Source: Desulfatitalea sp.
Lineage (GTDB): Bacteria; Desulfobacterota; Desulfobacteria; Desulfobacterales; Desulfosarcinaceae
Length of the DNA stretch: 62,554 nt
Assembly (NCBI GenBank): GCA_049287895.1
Contig: JBAQGR010000728.1
Location: 1 to 62,554 of the forward strand
Direction: 5' to 3'
Shown: positions 28,856-37,429 of the stretch, piece by piece
Position numbering within the stretch: position 1 is the stretch's first letter
Layout of the letters: each line of letters opens with the position of its first letter
The notes under the pieces: generated by a model
Told to the model about the DNA's origin: nothing
Database searches by the model: none
The model's input: only the letters and a program-made list of their open reading frames with translations
Made by a program: the position numbers and the translations under genes

Positions 28856-30331
28856 TCAACCCCACTTTTCCATGAAGCGTTGCAGCGCTTCCATGGCCTG
28901 AGGATCTTCGGCCCGGAAAGGGTCCTCCAGGCCAATCCCCAGGCTGTTTATCTCGCATTTGACCCGGTTGAAACAGTGGCGTGCTTCCGGGTCTTTGTTC
29001 CGCGCCCGGACGCGGATCCGCTCCCAATTTTCCACCTCCACCGCCACATTTTTACCGAAGGTTTGCTGCACGACCATTCCCCGCAAGCGGGCACGGGTAT
29101 CCTGGGGCGGTCGGCTACGGGCCTTGGAGATATCGTTTTCCGGAATAAGCCGATCCACCAGATCCAGGGCCAGACATCGCAAGTACAAACCGGTGGCCGG
29201 GTTCAGGTCGTGGTATTTGAGATCCAGTTTTTTCAATTGGTGTTCATCGGCGCCTTTGGAACGACTGCGGTCCAGCAGCCACAGCTTCAGGATCCAGTCG
29301 ATCTTGCGTTTCAGGTCGGCGCCATCCGTCTCTATGGCCATCTCGGGCTGGCAGATCTTGAGATCATCAAATCCACCCAGCACATGCGCCCACAACTCCA
29401 GCCATTGGGCCTCCTGGGAGCCAGGTGGATTGGCGGCATAAAATTCAAGGGCCTTTTCCAGGCAGCTCGACTGAATTTCCAGGGCGGTGTAAGCCACGCG
29501 GCGCCCATGATGGCGCATCTCCAATTTGGCATGCAAGTCCCGGGATACAGCTTTGAGCGCACTTGCCGGCGATTCCAGCTCGAAATCCTCGTCCAGAACC
29601 CCTTCCTCCAGGAGGCGCAGCATCAGCGTCAACGTCCCGATTTTCAGCCCGATGGTATACTGGGCCATGTTGCTGTCGCCGATAATCAGATGCAATCGCC
29701 GGCTCTGATCCATGCGGGTGATCTCACGCTTGCGGATGTTGATGATCCCGCGCACTTCGGAAGTGCGGTCGCTGTACGTGCAATCGAAAAAATCGGCCCG
29801 CTGGCTGATTTGAAACCCAAAAGCGCCATCCCGGGTACTGGTCATGGCCTTGCCTGCTCCGGCATATATCTGGCGCGTGACCAAAAAGGGAATCAGCCGG
29901 GAGATATGGCACATGCCTTGAGGCGCAATCAGATAGTTTTCATGGCCGCCGTAGGTGTGGCCGTAAAGATCGACGTTGTTCTTGTAAACATGCAGCCGCG
30001 TGGGGTCGTCCGGGGCGTGCGTGGTTTCAGCCAGTTCCTGGATCAAGCGGTCGCCGGCGATTTCGTGGGTCACAAGGTCCGCCACGCTGCGGCACTCCGG
30101 AGTGGCATATTCCGGATGTCCGCCCCGGTCCACATACAAGCGGCCGCCATTGCCCATGAATTCACCGGCCATGGGCAGTTTCATGTCCCCGGCAGCGGCC
30201 ATCAGGCGCGCGGCGATTTGCTTCTGATGGTCCAGCAGATTGTCCGGACATGGTTTATTGGCGGCGCATTCACCCTGCAGATGGTAAACCGGGGCATATT
30301 CGGATTCGGTACCGAAAATCCGCTGGTACAA
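28856..30331 (-). CDS. pafA: Pup-protein ligase (PafA-like)
   Basis: RIFGTESEY, NGGRLYVDRGGHPEYATPEC, KNNVD, HENYL, PFLVTRQ, SQRA, RRLHLIIGDSNM, DLKYHD, PPQDTRARLRG, DPFRA; lacks the Dop loop. Confidence 0.88.
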   Translation of the reverse strand: MYQRIFGTESEYAPVYHLQGECAANKPCPDNLLDHQKQIAARLMAAAGDMKLPMAGEFMGNGGRLYVDRGGHPEYATPECRSVADLVTHEIAGDRLIQELAETTHAPDDPTRLHVYKNNVDLYGHTYGGHENYLIAPQGMCHISRLIPFLVTRQIYAGAGKAMTSTRDGAFGFQISQRADFFDCTYSDRTSEVRGIINIRKREITRMDQSRRLHLIIGDSNMAQYTIGLKIGTLTLMLRLLEEGVLDEDFELESPASALKAVSRDLHAKLEMRHHGRRVAYTALEIQSSCLEKALEFYAANPPGSQEAQWLELWAHVLGGFDDLKICQPEMAIETDGADLKRKIDWILKLWLLDRSRSKGADEHQLKKLDLKYHDLNPATGLYLRCLALDLVDRLIPENDISKARSRPPQDTRARLRGMVVQQTFGKNVAVEVENWERIRVRARNKDPEARHCFNRVKCEINSLGIGLEDPFRAEDPQAMEALQRFMEKWG

Positions 30332-30333
30332 TG

Positions 30334-30528
30334 CTACTCCCCTTCGATCTGTTTGAATTGATCCAGGAAATCCTCGCCGGCTTCTTCGAGCACGTTATCG
30401 ATATAATTATCTAGCTCCTTAAGCTTTGTCTGCTTTTCTTTGGAAAGCTTTTCCGGTTGGGCCTGCCTGTTTTCCTGTTTTTTTGAAATTTTCTTTTTAG
30501 GCTTTTTAATCTGAGGTGAATCAGGCAT
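30334..30528 (-). CDS. pup: Prokaryotic ubiquitin-like protein (Pup-like), C-terminus EGE
   Basis: 64 aa; low-complexity N-terminus; LDNYIDNVLEEAGEDFLDQFKQIEGE aligns with Pup LDEIDDVLEENAEDFVRAYVQKGG(Q/E); lies between dop and pafA; AGGAGG RBS. Confidence 0.85.
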   Translation of the reverse strand: MPDSPQIKKPKKKISKKQENRQAQPEKLSKEKQTKLKELDNYIDNVLEEAGEDFLDQFKQIEGE

Positions 30529-30548
30529 GCTGCCTCCTGAATAATGTT

Positions 30549-32138
30549 TTAGCCGTTGATGCCACCCTCACCTTGTGAAGGCCCTCCTGCCAGTTGTGAC
30601 ATCAGGGCCCTGGAATCCGCGGCGTTCAAAAAAACTTGTTCAAATTGCTCCCTGGTACCCTTGAGCGGATTGAGCAGCGGCACCATGCGATGCACGTCAC
30701 CGTGATCAAATCCGACCACCTCCCAATTGAGCAGATATATCTCCCGGGGGTACTTTTGAATGCATCGGCTGCGGAAATAGGCCCGCGTATCGTCCGGGGC
30801 GTGGTCTACAAAATGGCCGATTTCCCGCTCATCGCACAGCCGCGCGGTCAAACCGTCCGCCTGCAGCTTGTAAAAAAGCCCTTCCAGGTTGTCCACCCGG
30901 TGGTATTGCAAATCAAGCACCGGCAGCAATGGATGGTCCCAGGCACAGTCGCGCGCCCTTCGATACCGGTTAAGCAACCACAACTTGAGGACCCAGTCCA
31001 GTTGTTTCACCAGTTCGCCTGGGTCGTCTTCGATATCAAAGTCGCGGGACAGTTTTAACTGGTCCAAGCCGTCCAAAATCTCGGCCCAGCGGGCCAGGAT
31101 CTCCTCGTAGTGCGGAATGGCGGCCGCCCCGGCAGTGGGCCTGAAAGCATCGGCCCTGTCCAGAAACAGCCGCTGGATTTGAACGGCTGTCAGCCGGGTG
31201 CCATTGTTGAGCTCGATGGCGGCTTTAAAATCTACCGATATGCACCGGATGGCGTCGATGGGTGCCTTAAGGCTCCAGTCGTCGGGGATGAATCCGTCTT
31301 CCATCATTTGCAGCACGATCTGGGTGGCTCCCAATTTGACGAACCCGGCCACCTCACACATGTTGGCATCCCCCAGAATCAAATGCAGCCGCCGGAATCG
31401 ACGGGGGTCCGCATGGTGTTCGGCGCGTGTGTTGATGATGGGCCTGGCATACATCGTCTCGAGACCGTACAGGTTTTCGATGAAATCGGCCCGTTGGGAA
31501 ACCTGATAGCAGGCCTGCCGGGAATGGGGGGCTTCACCGCCCACCTTGCCGGTGCCGGCCAACACCTGACGGGTGACCAGAAAAGGAATCAGCACCCTGG
31601 CCGCCGTACGGGGATCGCGAACCATGCAATCCTCATGGGCCCGGGCGTCCATCAAATAGTTCTCATGGCACCCGTAGCTATGGCCTTTGTGATCGCTGTT
31701 ATTCTTATACAGCGTGACGCCTATCTCCGGACAGAGGGTCTTTAATTCCGAAAGGGCCTTGCGCAGGACGATCTCCCCGGCCTTATCGCAGGCCAAGGCC
31801 TGCCGGGCGCTGCGACACTCGGCCGTGGAATACTCCGGATGGGCATGGTCGGTATAGAATCGGGCGCCGTTGGGCAGGCCGGCGTTGATGCGAAAATTGT
31901 CTTCATCCGAAACCACTTGTTGGGTGGCACTTTTCCGGAACAACCGGCCGCGGATATCCGCGTAGGGCGTTTCATGGGCATAATCCCAGAGGATCCGCGA
32001 GCCGGGTTCGCGCAGACCGACACTGCGGGCGTAGGCATTGACCAGCATGCAGGAGACTTCAAATGCGGATAGGGCCGGATCGCCTTTAAGCTGAATGGCA
32101 TACTCCTGTTCGATGCCCACAACCTTGGGAATGCTCAT
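30549..32138 (-). CDS. dop: Depupylase/deamidase Dop-like
   Basis: VVGIEQEY, Dop-loop LWDYAHETP, NGARFYTDHAHPEYS, KNNSDHKGHSYGCHENYLM, GLETMYARPIINTR, RRLHLILGDAN, DLQYH. Confidence 0.88.
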   Translation of the reverse strand: MSIPKVVGIEQEYAIQLKGDPALSAFEVSCMLVNAYARSVGLREPGSRILWDYAHETPYADIRGRLFRKSATQQVVSDEDNFRINAGLPNGARFYTDHAHPEYSTAECRSARQALACDKAGEIVLRKALSELKTLCPEIGVTLYKNNSDHKGHSYGCHENYLMDARAHEDCMVRDPRTAARVLIPFLVTRQVLAGTGKVGGEAPHSRQACYQVSQRADFIENLYGLETMYARPIINTRAEHHADPRRFRRLHLILGDANMCEVAGFVKLGATQIVLQMMEDGFIPDDWSLKAPIDAIRCISVDFKAAIELNNGTRLTAVQIQRLFLDRADAFRPTAGAAAIPHYEEILARWAEILDGLDQLKLSRDFDIEDDPGELVKQLDWVLKLWLLNRYRRARDCAWDHPLLPVLDLQYHRVDNLEGLFYKLQADGLTARLCDEREIGHFVDHAPDDTRAYFRSRCIQKYPREIYLLNWEVVGFDHGDVHRMVPLLNPLKGTREQFEQVFLNAADSRALMSQLAGGPSQGEGGING

Positions 32139-32192
32139 GCAACTTTCCTTTTTTGGACTTGCGTCATGAACGCCGAACCCTGAACTTTGAAC

Positions 32193-34016
32193 TTATTTCA
32201 GCTTGTCCGGCACATCGATAGTCTCCTGTTTTTTTTGAGACCGCATGCGCTCCGCCCGTTGCTCCAGCAGGGACCGGATCCGAATGACCCGTTCGCCCCC
32301 CTTACCGATGATCCGGTACCATTCGGCCGGGTTGGAATTACTGGGCAGTTCCTCATTTTCCTCAAATTCGGCCCGCAACGCCCGGATCATATGGTCAAGA
32401 CTGATTCCTTTGTTGCCCTGGCCGATGAGTTCCTTAACCGCCAGGTACTTGGCTCGGTTGACGATATTTTCTATGATCGCGCCGCTGCACAGGTCTTTGA
32501 CATACAAGATCTTGCGGTTGCCGTCGGCAAAAGTTATTTCGAGCAGCTCGTTTTCAGGCTTGAGGCTGTAAAGTGCTTCAACCGTCTGGTCGATCATCCA
32601 TTGAACAGCCTTTTCAGGTGTCCCCAACGTGTTCACGTGGCAGGATTCAATAGGCAACTCGGGTGTCATGTATTTAGAGAAAATTTCTGCCGCCGCCTGC
32701 CGGTCGGGCCTTGGGATACGGATTTTACGGTCCAGACGGCCAGGCCTCAGAATAGCCGGGTCGATGAGGTCCTCCCGGTTGGTGGCGCCGATAATCACCA
32801 CATTTTCAAGGGCTTGCAAGCCATCCAGTTCGGATAGAAACTGAGGCACGATGGTGGATTCCATATCGGACGAGATTCCCGAGCCGCGTACCCGGAACAT
32901 GGAGTCCATCTCGTCGAAGAAGATCACCACCGGTGTCCGGTAGGTCGCCTGATTGCGGGCCCGGGCAAACAGGTCGCGGATGGCCTGTTCGGTTTCACCT
33001 ACATATTTATTCAACAGTTCGGGCCCTTTGACATTCAAAAAGTAGCTTTCGCCTTTTTCACCGGTTTTTTCCCGAATGCTTTGGGCCAGTCTGTTGGCCA
33101 CTGCCTTAGCGATCAGGGTTTTACCGCACCCCGGCGGACCGTAAAGCAAAATCCCCTTGGGTGGAACGAGATGATGCTCCCGGAAATGCTCCGGATAGAT
33201 ATGGGGAAGCTCGATGGCATCGCGAATCTGTTGAATCGCATCGGCCAGTCCACCGATGTTGCCGTAGCTGATATCGGGGACCTTTTCCAGCACCAGACGA
33301 TCCACATTGCTTTTGGGCAGCAGGCTGTACACGAACAGAGAGTCAGGATCGTACTCTACATTGTCTCCGATCACGATGCTGACGTTTTTCATCGGTTCGG
33401 CGCGCGTAACCAGGATCGTCTCGTCACCCACTGTGTGTACCAGCAATTTGCGGTCGCTGAGCACCTGTTCCACGGTGGCCAGACTCCCGCATACCAGTTC
33501 GAATCCCCGGGCTTCGATGATATGCAGATCGTTGTTGAGCAGCAGCAGTTCGCCCGGTTTGAATCCATCGCGCAGGGCGTCTTCTTTTTGATTTTTCTGG
33601 CGCAAAGCATGAAATGTGGCCCCTTTTGGGCCGGGGGTGCCAAATTCTTCGGGTTCCATGATCCTGGACTCGTAGAGCCGGCCATGATGGCGGATGATCG
33701 CCGTGTCACCTTCGGGCGTTTTACGCCCCTGCCGCACGAAGACACCGAAGGGCAAGGCACGCTCTTCCTCCTCTCCGGGAAGCCCCCTGATTTTTCGCAA
33801 TGTATCCCTGGAGGTGTGCAAGGCTTCGGCCAGTTGCAGGCGCTTGTGTTCCGATTGCTCCAGATCCTGCTTCAGACGAGCGAATTGCTCCGTGGGCGTC
33901 GTCGGCTTGGGGGACGTATTATCAGCTTCGGCCACAATGGTATCAATCTTTTTCTGTTGGCAAGCGGAGATCTGCTTGCGCATATTTGGCTTTGGCTTAT
34001 TTTCGTCGGCACCCAT
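32193..34016 (-). CDS. arc: ARC/Mpa-type proteasomal AAA+ unfoldase
   Basis: N-terminal coiled coil, VPDISYGNIGGL, GPPGCGKT, KGPELLNKYVGETE, FFDEMD, GSGISSDMESTIVPQ, EFEENEELPSNSNPAEW...GERV. Confidence 0.92.
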   Translation of the reverse strand: MGADENKPKPNMRKQISACQQKKIDTIVAEADNTSPKPTTPTEQFARLKQDLEQSEHKRLQLAEALHTSRDTLRKIRGLPGEEEERALPFGVFVRQGRKTPEGDTAIIRHHGRLYESRIMEPEEFGTPGPKGATFHALRQKNQKEDALRDGFKPGELLLLNNDLHIIEARGFELVCGSLATVEQVLSDRKLLVHTVGDETILVTRAEPMKNVSIVIGDNVEYDPDSLFVYSLLPKSNVDRLVLEKVPDISYGNIGGLADAIQQIRDAIELPHIYPEHFREHHLVPPKGILLYGPPGCGKTLIAKAVANRLAQSIREKTGEKGESYFLNVKGPELLNKYVGETEQAIRDLFARARNQATYRTPVVIFFDEMDSMFRVRGSGISSDMESTIVPQFLSELDGLQALENVVIIGATNREDLIDPAILRPGRLDRKIRIPRPDRQAAAEIFSKYMTPELPIESCHVNTLGTPEKAVQWMIDQTVEALYSLKPENELLEITFADGNRKILYVKDLCSGAIIENIVNRAKYLAVKELIGQGNKGISLDHMIRALRAEFEENEELPSNSNPAEWYRIIGKGGERVIRIRSLLEQRAERMRSQKKQETIDVPDKLK

Positions 34017-34066
34017 GACCTTTCCTTTCTAAAAGCGGTTTCAAAATCTACATTCTGAAACCACTG

Positions 34067-34396
34067 CTACCTCTTTTTTTTGCCTCTGGAGTAATACAGC
34101 TTGCGTGTCTGCTGATCGAATTCAATCCGATGCGCAAGCCACTCGATTGCTTTTTGGCGTTCCCATCCCTTGAATTGACAGATAAAATCGATGACGCCGC
34201 CACCCACATCTTTGCAGGTCGTGCATAAAAAGCTGTTCCGGGCGACATTGAAGAACAGGGACGGCTCGTCCTTCTCCAAATGCCGTTCGGTGCAAAAACA
34301 GGTCCCCAAATTTCGACGCACCTTGAGACCCATTTCCTCGGCCACTTCGATAATTGCGTTGGCCTGCTCGATGTGTTGTATCTTTTTTTCTTCCAT
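34067..34396 (-). CDS. Stand-alone CHC2 (primase-type) zinc finger protein
   Basis: C..H.EK.PS...F.C..C..GG.VIDF...G....AIEWLA pattern of the DnaG zinc-binding domain; basic C-terminal tail. Confidence 0.75.
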   Translation of the reverse strand: MEEKKIQHIEQANAIIEVAEEMGLKVRRNLGTCFCTERHLEKDEPSLFFNVARNSFLCTTCKDVGGGVIDFICQFKGWERQKAIEWLAHRIEFDQQTRKLYYSRGKKKR

Positions 34397-34414
34397 AAAG
34401 GCTCTCCATAACCT

Positions 34415-34482
34415 GTTGCCTGTTAGCCCGTGGTTCGTATAAACACCCCCGGGCTAACGGGCTAACGGGTCAACGGGCAACG
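34415..34482. repeat. Hairpin with octamer tandem repeats (CGGGCTAA-like)
   Basis: GTTAGCCCG...CGGGCTAAC inverted repeat followed by CGGGCTAA CGGGTCAA CGGGCAA. Confidence 0.7.
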
Positions 34483-34485
34483 TAA

Positions 34486-35406
34486 TCAATGCAGCCATTG
34501 CTTTGTATGCCGCAGCATGTTGATTTTCAGTTCAACCATCTCTTTGCCTTCAGATGCCGGTGTCACCGCCAGATAGCGCTCCAGATCCCGCACGGCGAAT
34601 GCACTGTTGCCCATGGCTTCATACAGCTGTCCGCGCTCCTTCAACTCGTCGGCTGCATCCGGATCCACGGCCAGAATCCACTGGATCATCTCGAATGATT
34701 GCAGATCCTGGCCCAACTGGCGGTATATCGCTTTGAGATTCCTGAGCATGCGTTTCAGGATCGCCTTCTTGGCAGCCGGGGTTTTCCAGCTTGCATCCGC
34801 TGCCGCCTCCCGCCCGTACCGCGCTTGTATCATCTCCCGGCATTCCTTTTCGGTCAGAACCTCCCCCCGATTGAATGGATCGATATACAATGTGCCTGAC
34901 GCATGCAGCAGACCGGCGATAAAATGACCCGGCAGCGCAAAACCGTACATAGGCACTCCAGCGCGGCGTCCGACCTCGCTGTAGATCAACGAAAGCGTAA
35001 GCGGTATTCCCAGTTTGCGCTCCAGAACTCGGTTTAGAAAACTGTTTTGGGGATCGTAGTAATTCTGGTGATCGCCCTGGAATCCTTCTTCATCAAACAG
35101 GATCCTATTCAGGTTGCTCAAGATATCACCGGCGGATGATGAAGGGTTGAGACTCATCCGCAAGGAATCGGCCCACCGGTTCAAACAGTCCATGCAATGC
35201 GAGCCGATCAGGTCCGGAAAGGCTGTGCGGGCAATCAGCAGGGCGGCTTCGACCGTGTCGATTTTATCTTCCGGCCCTTCTACCAATTGGGCAAATCGAG
35301 CGCGAATCGCTTCCAGGTGGCGCATGTATTGATCTTCCGTTAAATATTGCTTTGAGATTAACGGTTGCCAGGCATCCAGGTTCTTAATGAAATTTGCTAA
35401 CTTCAA
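34486..35406 (-). CDS. SirB1/YchA-like transglutaminase-fold + TPR protein
   Basis: GFQGDHQNYYDPQNSFLNRVLERKLGIPLTL, LPGHF, IDPFNRG, RMLRNLK, TPR ERGQLY...DLERYL. Start uncertain (TTG 35406 or an ATG near 35325). Confidence 0.85.
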   Translation of the reverse strand: MKLANFIKNLDAWQPLISKQYLTEDQYMRHLEAIRARFAQLVEGPEDKIDTVEAALLIARTAFPDLIGSHCMDCLNRWADSLRMSLNPSSSAGDILSNLNRILFDEEGFQGDHQNYYDPQNSFLNRVLERKLGIPLTLSLIYSEVGRRAGVPMYGFALPGHFIAGLLHASGTLYIDPFNRGEVLTEKECREMIQARYGREAAADASWKTPAAKKAILKRMLRNLKAIYRQLGQDLQSFEMIQWILAVDPDAADELKERGQLYEAMGNSAFAVRDLERYLAVTPASEGKEMVELKINMLRHTKQWLH

Positions 35407-36653
35407 TCTATCCCCAATAATCTGGCGGCATTTTTGCCCAATATCTTATGCTTTTCTTTGGGTGTCAGATTGGAATTGGTCTGGATCCGTTTGACGGTGG
35501 AGGCCCAACTGAACCCTGCTGATAGCGGCAAGGGATAGTCCGTGGCAAACAGGACCCGATCGAATCCGATGGTCTTGCGGATTTCCTGAATCACCATCTC
35601 CCGATCCAGCAGCCAGTCCACCGCCGCCAGGTCGATATAGACATTTGAATGGGCCTTGCCCAGCTGGAGCGCCTCAAAGAGCCAAATGCCCGGAATTTCC
35701 GTACTGTAAGCGCCTGAATGGGCCAACACCAGCGGAACCTGGGGATACTTTTTCAGCCAGGGCTCCCATAAAGACGGATGGGAATTCTGACTCATTTCGA
35801 TAATCTCGAACGGCCCCGGTCCGCAGCCGGAATGCGATAAAATAATGGAACCGGTTTGTCGGCAATGCTCAAAGACCATGGGCATGTGCTCATTTTCAGC
35901 CGGGTTGAAGAACTGGGAATGGGGCAGAAATTTAAGGCCCTTCAATTTAAGCCGTTGGATCTCGTCCAGGGTTTGGCGGACATAAATCTGGTCCTTGCTA
36001 AGATTCACCGAACCGAAACCTATCAGTATATCGGGGTAGTCTTGGACCCAATCGGCCACATCCTGATTGGTGACATGGGTGGGGGAGTACAAACTCTTTT
36101 TGATGTGCCTCAGCAGAGACTCAAAGTCCATCCGGCCGGAAGAGTGGGAACGGTCGAACGCTTTTTTGAGTTGTTCACGCACTTGCGGGCGCTCAACATC
36201 TTCCGGATCGGTATCCGTTGCCAGAATAACGCCATGGGTCACGCCGGCCTCGCGCATATCCGCAAAAAATTTCAAATCAGGTGTTTTGGGGTGAATATGA
36301 AAATCAACGATGGGGAAAAGGGGGACTCCAAGCGGAAGGGAATCCTCTTCTTCAGGGTCCGATGTTTTGAAAGCACCCTTACCCTTTACCAGGCGGTAAT
36401 CGGTTATCGCCAGCGGCCGATGAAGCGCCTGCAATCCCAGATGGAGCCGATAGCGCAGACGCCAATCGTCGGCCGCCTTCAAATGCGGCTGCAGGGTCTG
36501 AATGAGCGCCTCCCGATCTTGGATATCATTGATTCGAAATAGCTGCCTGACCGTACGCCAACGCACCTCCGGGGGATCATTGAGCAAGGACTCGACAATG
36601 GTATCCTTGTCGGGAAGGGGCGGGAATCCGATATAGTTCTCTTGTTGTCGCAT
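35403..36653 (-). CDS. Amidohydrolase_2 family metal-dependent hydrolase with N-terminal helical extension
   Basis: VDFHIH, KGLK, HSG, LAHSG, NVYID, RVLFATDYP, ILGKNAARLLG. Confidence 0.88.
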   Translation of the reverse strand: MRQQENYIGFPPLPDKDTIVESLLNDPPEVRWRTVRQLFRINDIQDREALIQTLQPHLKAADDWRLRYRLHLGLQALHRPLAITDYRLVKGKGAFKTSDPEEEDSLPLGVPLFPIVDFHIHPKTPDLKFFADMREAGVTHGVILATDTDPEDVERPQVREQLKKAFDRSHSSGRMDFESLLRHIKKSLYSPTHVTNQDVADWVQDYPDILIGFGSVNLSKDQIYVRQTLDEIQRLKLKGLKFLPHSQFFNPAENEHMPMVFEHCRQTGSIILSHSGCGPGPFEIIEMSQNSHPSLWEPWLKKYPQVPLVLAHSGAYSTEIPGIWLFEALQLGKAHSNVYIDLAAVDWLLDREMVIQEIRKTIGFDRVLFATDYPLPLSAGFSWASTVKRIQTNSNLTPKEKHKILGKNAARLLGID

Positions 36654-36696
36654 CTCACCTCCGGTCAGGGGTAGCCAAGATAGCGGGATAGGGGCA

Positions 36697-36751
36697 ATGG
36701 CCCGGATTATCGGAAGCCTTTGGAAGGCTTGGATTAAATAATCCGGGCCAT
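36697..36751. terminator. Intergenic stem-loop
   Basis: ATGGCCCGGATTAT...ATAATCCGGGCCAT inverted repeat with an inner AAGCCTT/AAGGCTT stem. Confidence 0.5.
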
Positions 36752-36784
36752 CAAATTGAAATCAGTGCGGCGGTCTAAAAAAAA

Positions 36785-37315
36785 TCAGAAGGGCAGCCTA
36801 CCTGCGGCCATGAGCCAGAAAGCCGGGATCCAGAGCCCCACCGGAACCCAGATGATGAGGGACCAGGCCACTATGCCGGCACCCAACTTGCCGTGGAAGG
36901 CTAGCCAGACCTCGAAGGTCAGGATGGCATAGCCCATGCAAGCCATCGCCAGATACAGACTTTTGCCGACGAGTTGCGAACCGTCCGCCAGTACGGGGCC
37001 GCCGGTAAAAAACAGCAGCATATAGATGGTGGAAATCAGCGCCACCGTTAAACTGACGTTGCCCACCGATCGCAGATCCTCAAGTCCGGTCAGTAAAGCG
37101 TAAGCGACACAGCAATAAAGAATACCGTGGGAAAAGAGCAGGCCGCCCGTGAAAGCATCCTTGAATACTGCTGTCTGGATAATCGCCCCTAAAACCACTA
37201 CTGTACCAACAATGCCGGTCACGGCTCCTGTTCCCTTGGCCTCTCCTTTGCCAAGGTTCAATAAAGCAACCGGTAGCCACATAAGTGCAATCAAAACCAA
37301 TAATGCCGTGGTCAT
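36785..37315 (-). CDS. AmiS/UreI family channel (six-TM membrane protein)
   Basis: About six hydrophobic segments; LGK.E.K, D.R.VG..SL.VA, LWIPA pattern; AAGGAGG RBS. Confidence 0.65.
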   Translation of the reverse strand: MTTALLVLIALMWLPVALLNLGKGEAKGTGAVTGIVGTVVVLGAIIQTAVFKDAFTGGLLFSHGILYCCVAYALLTGLEDLRSVGNVSLTVALISTIYMLLFFTGGPVLADGSQLVGKSLYLAMACMGYAILTFEVWLAFHGKLGAGIVAWSLIIWVPVGLWIPAFWLMAAGRLPF

Positions 37316-37429
37316 TCGTTCCTCCTTCCGATTAATTCGCATTGGCTCCCAATGGAAGCGTTCGCCGTTTCAAAAAATCCCTGCCAGCATCCGAACTACC
37401 AACCCCCTTTACAATTCAATTATGGGCCC

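Noticed and set aside
34067..34396. Prophage or plasmid primase remnant implying a mobile element
   Set aside because: It is a clean ORF with an RBS and stop inside an operon, with no integrase, TOPRIM or phage genes nearby.
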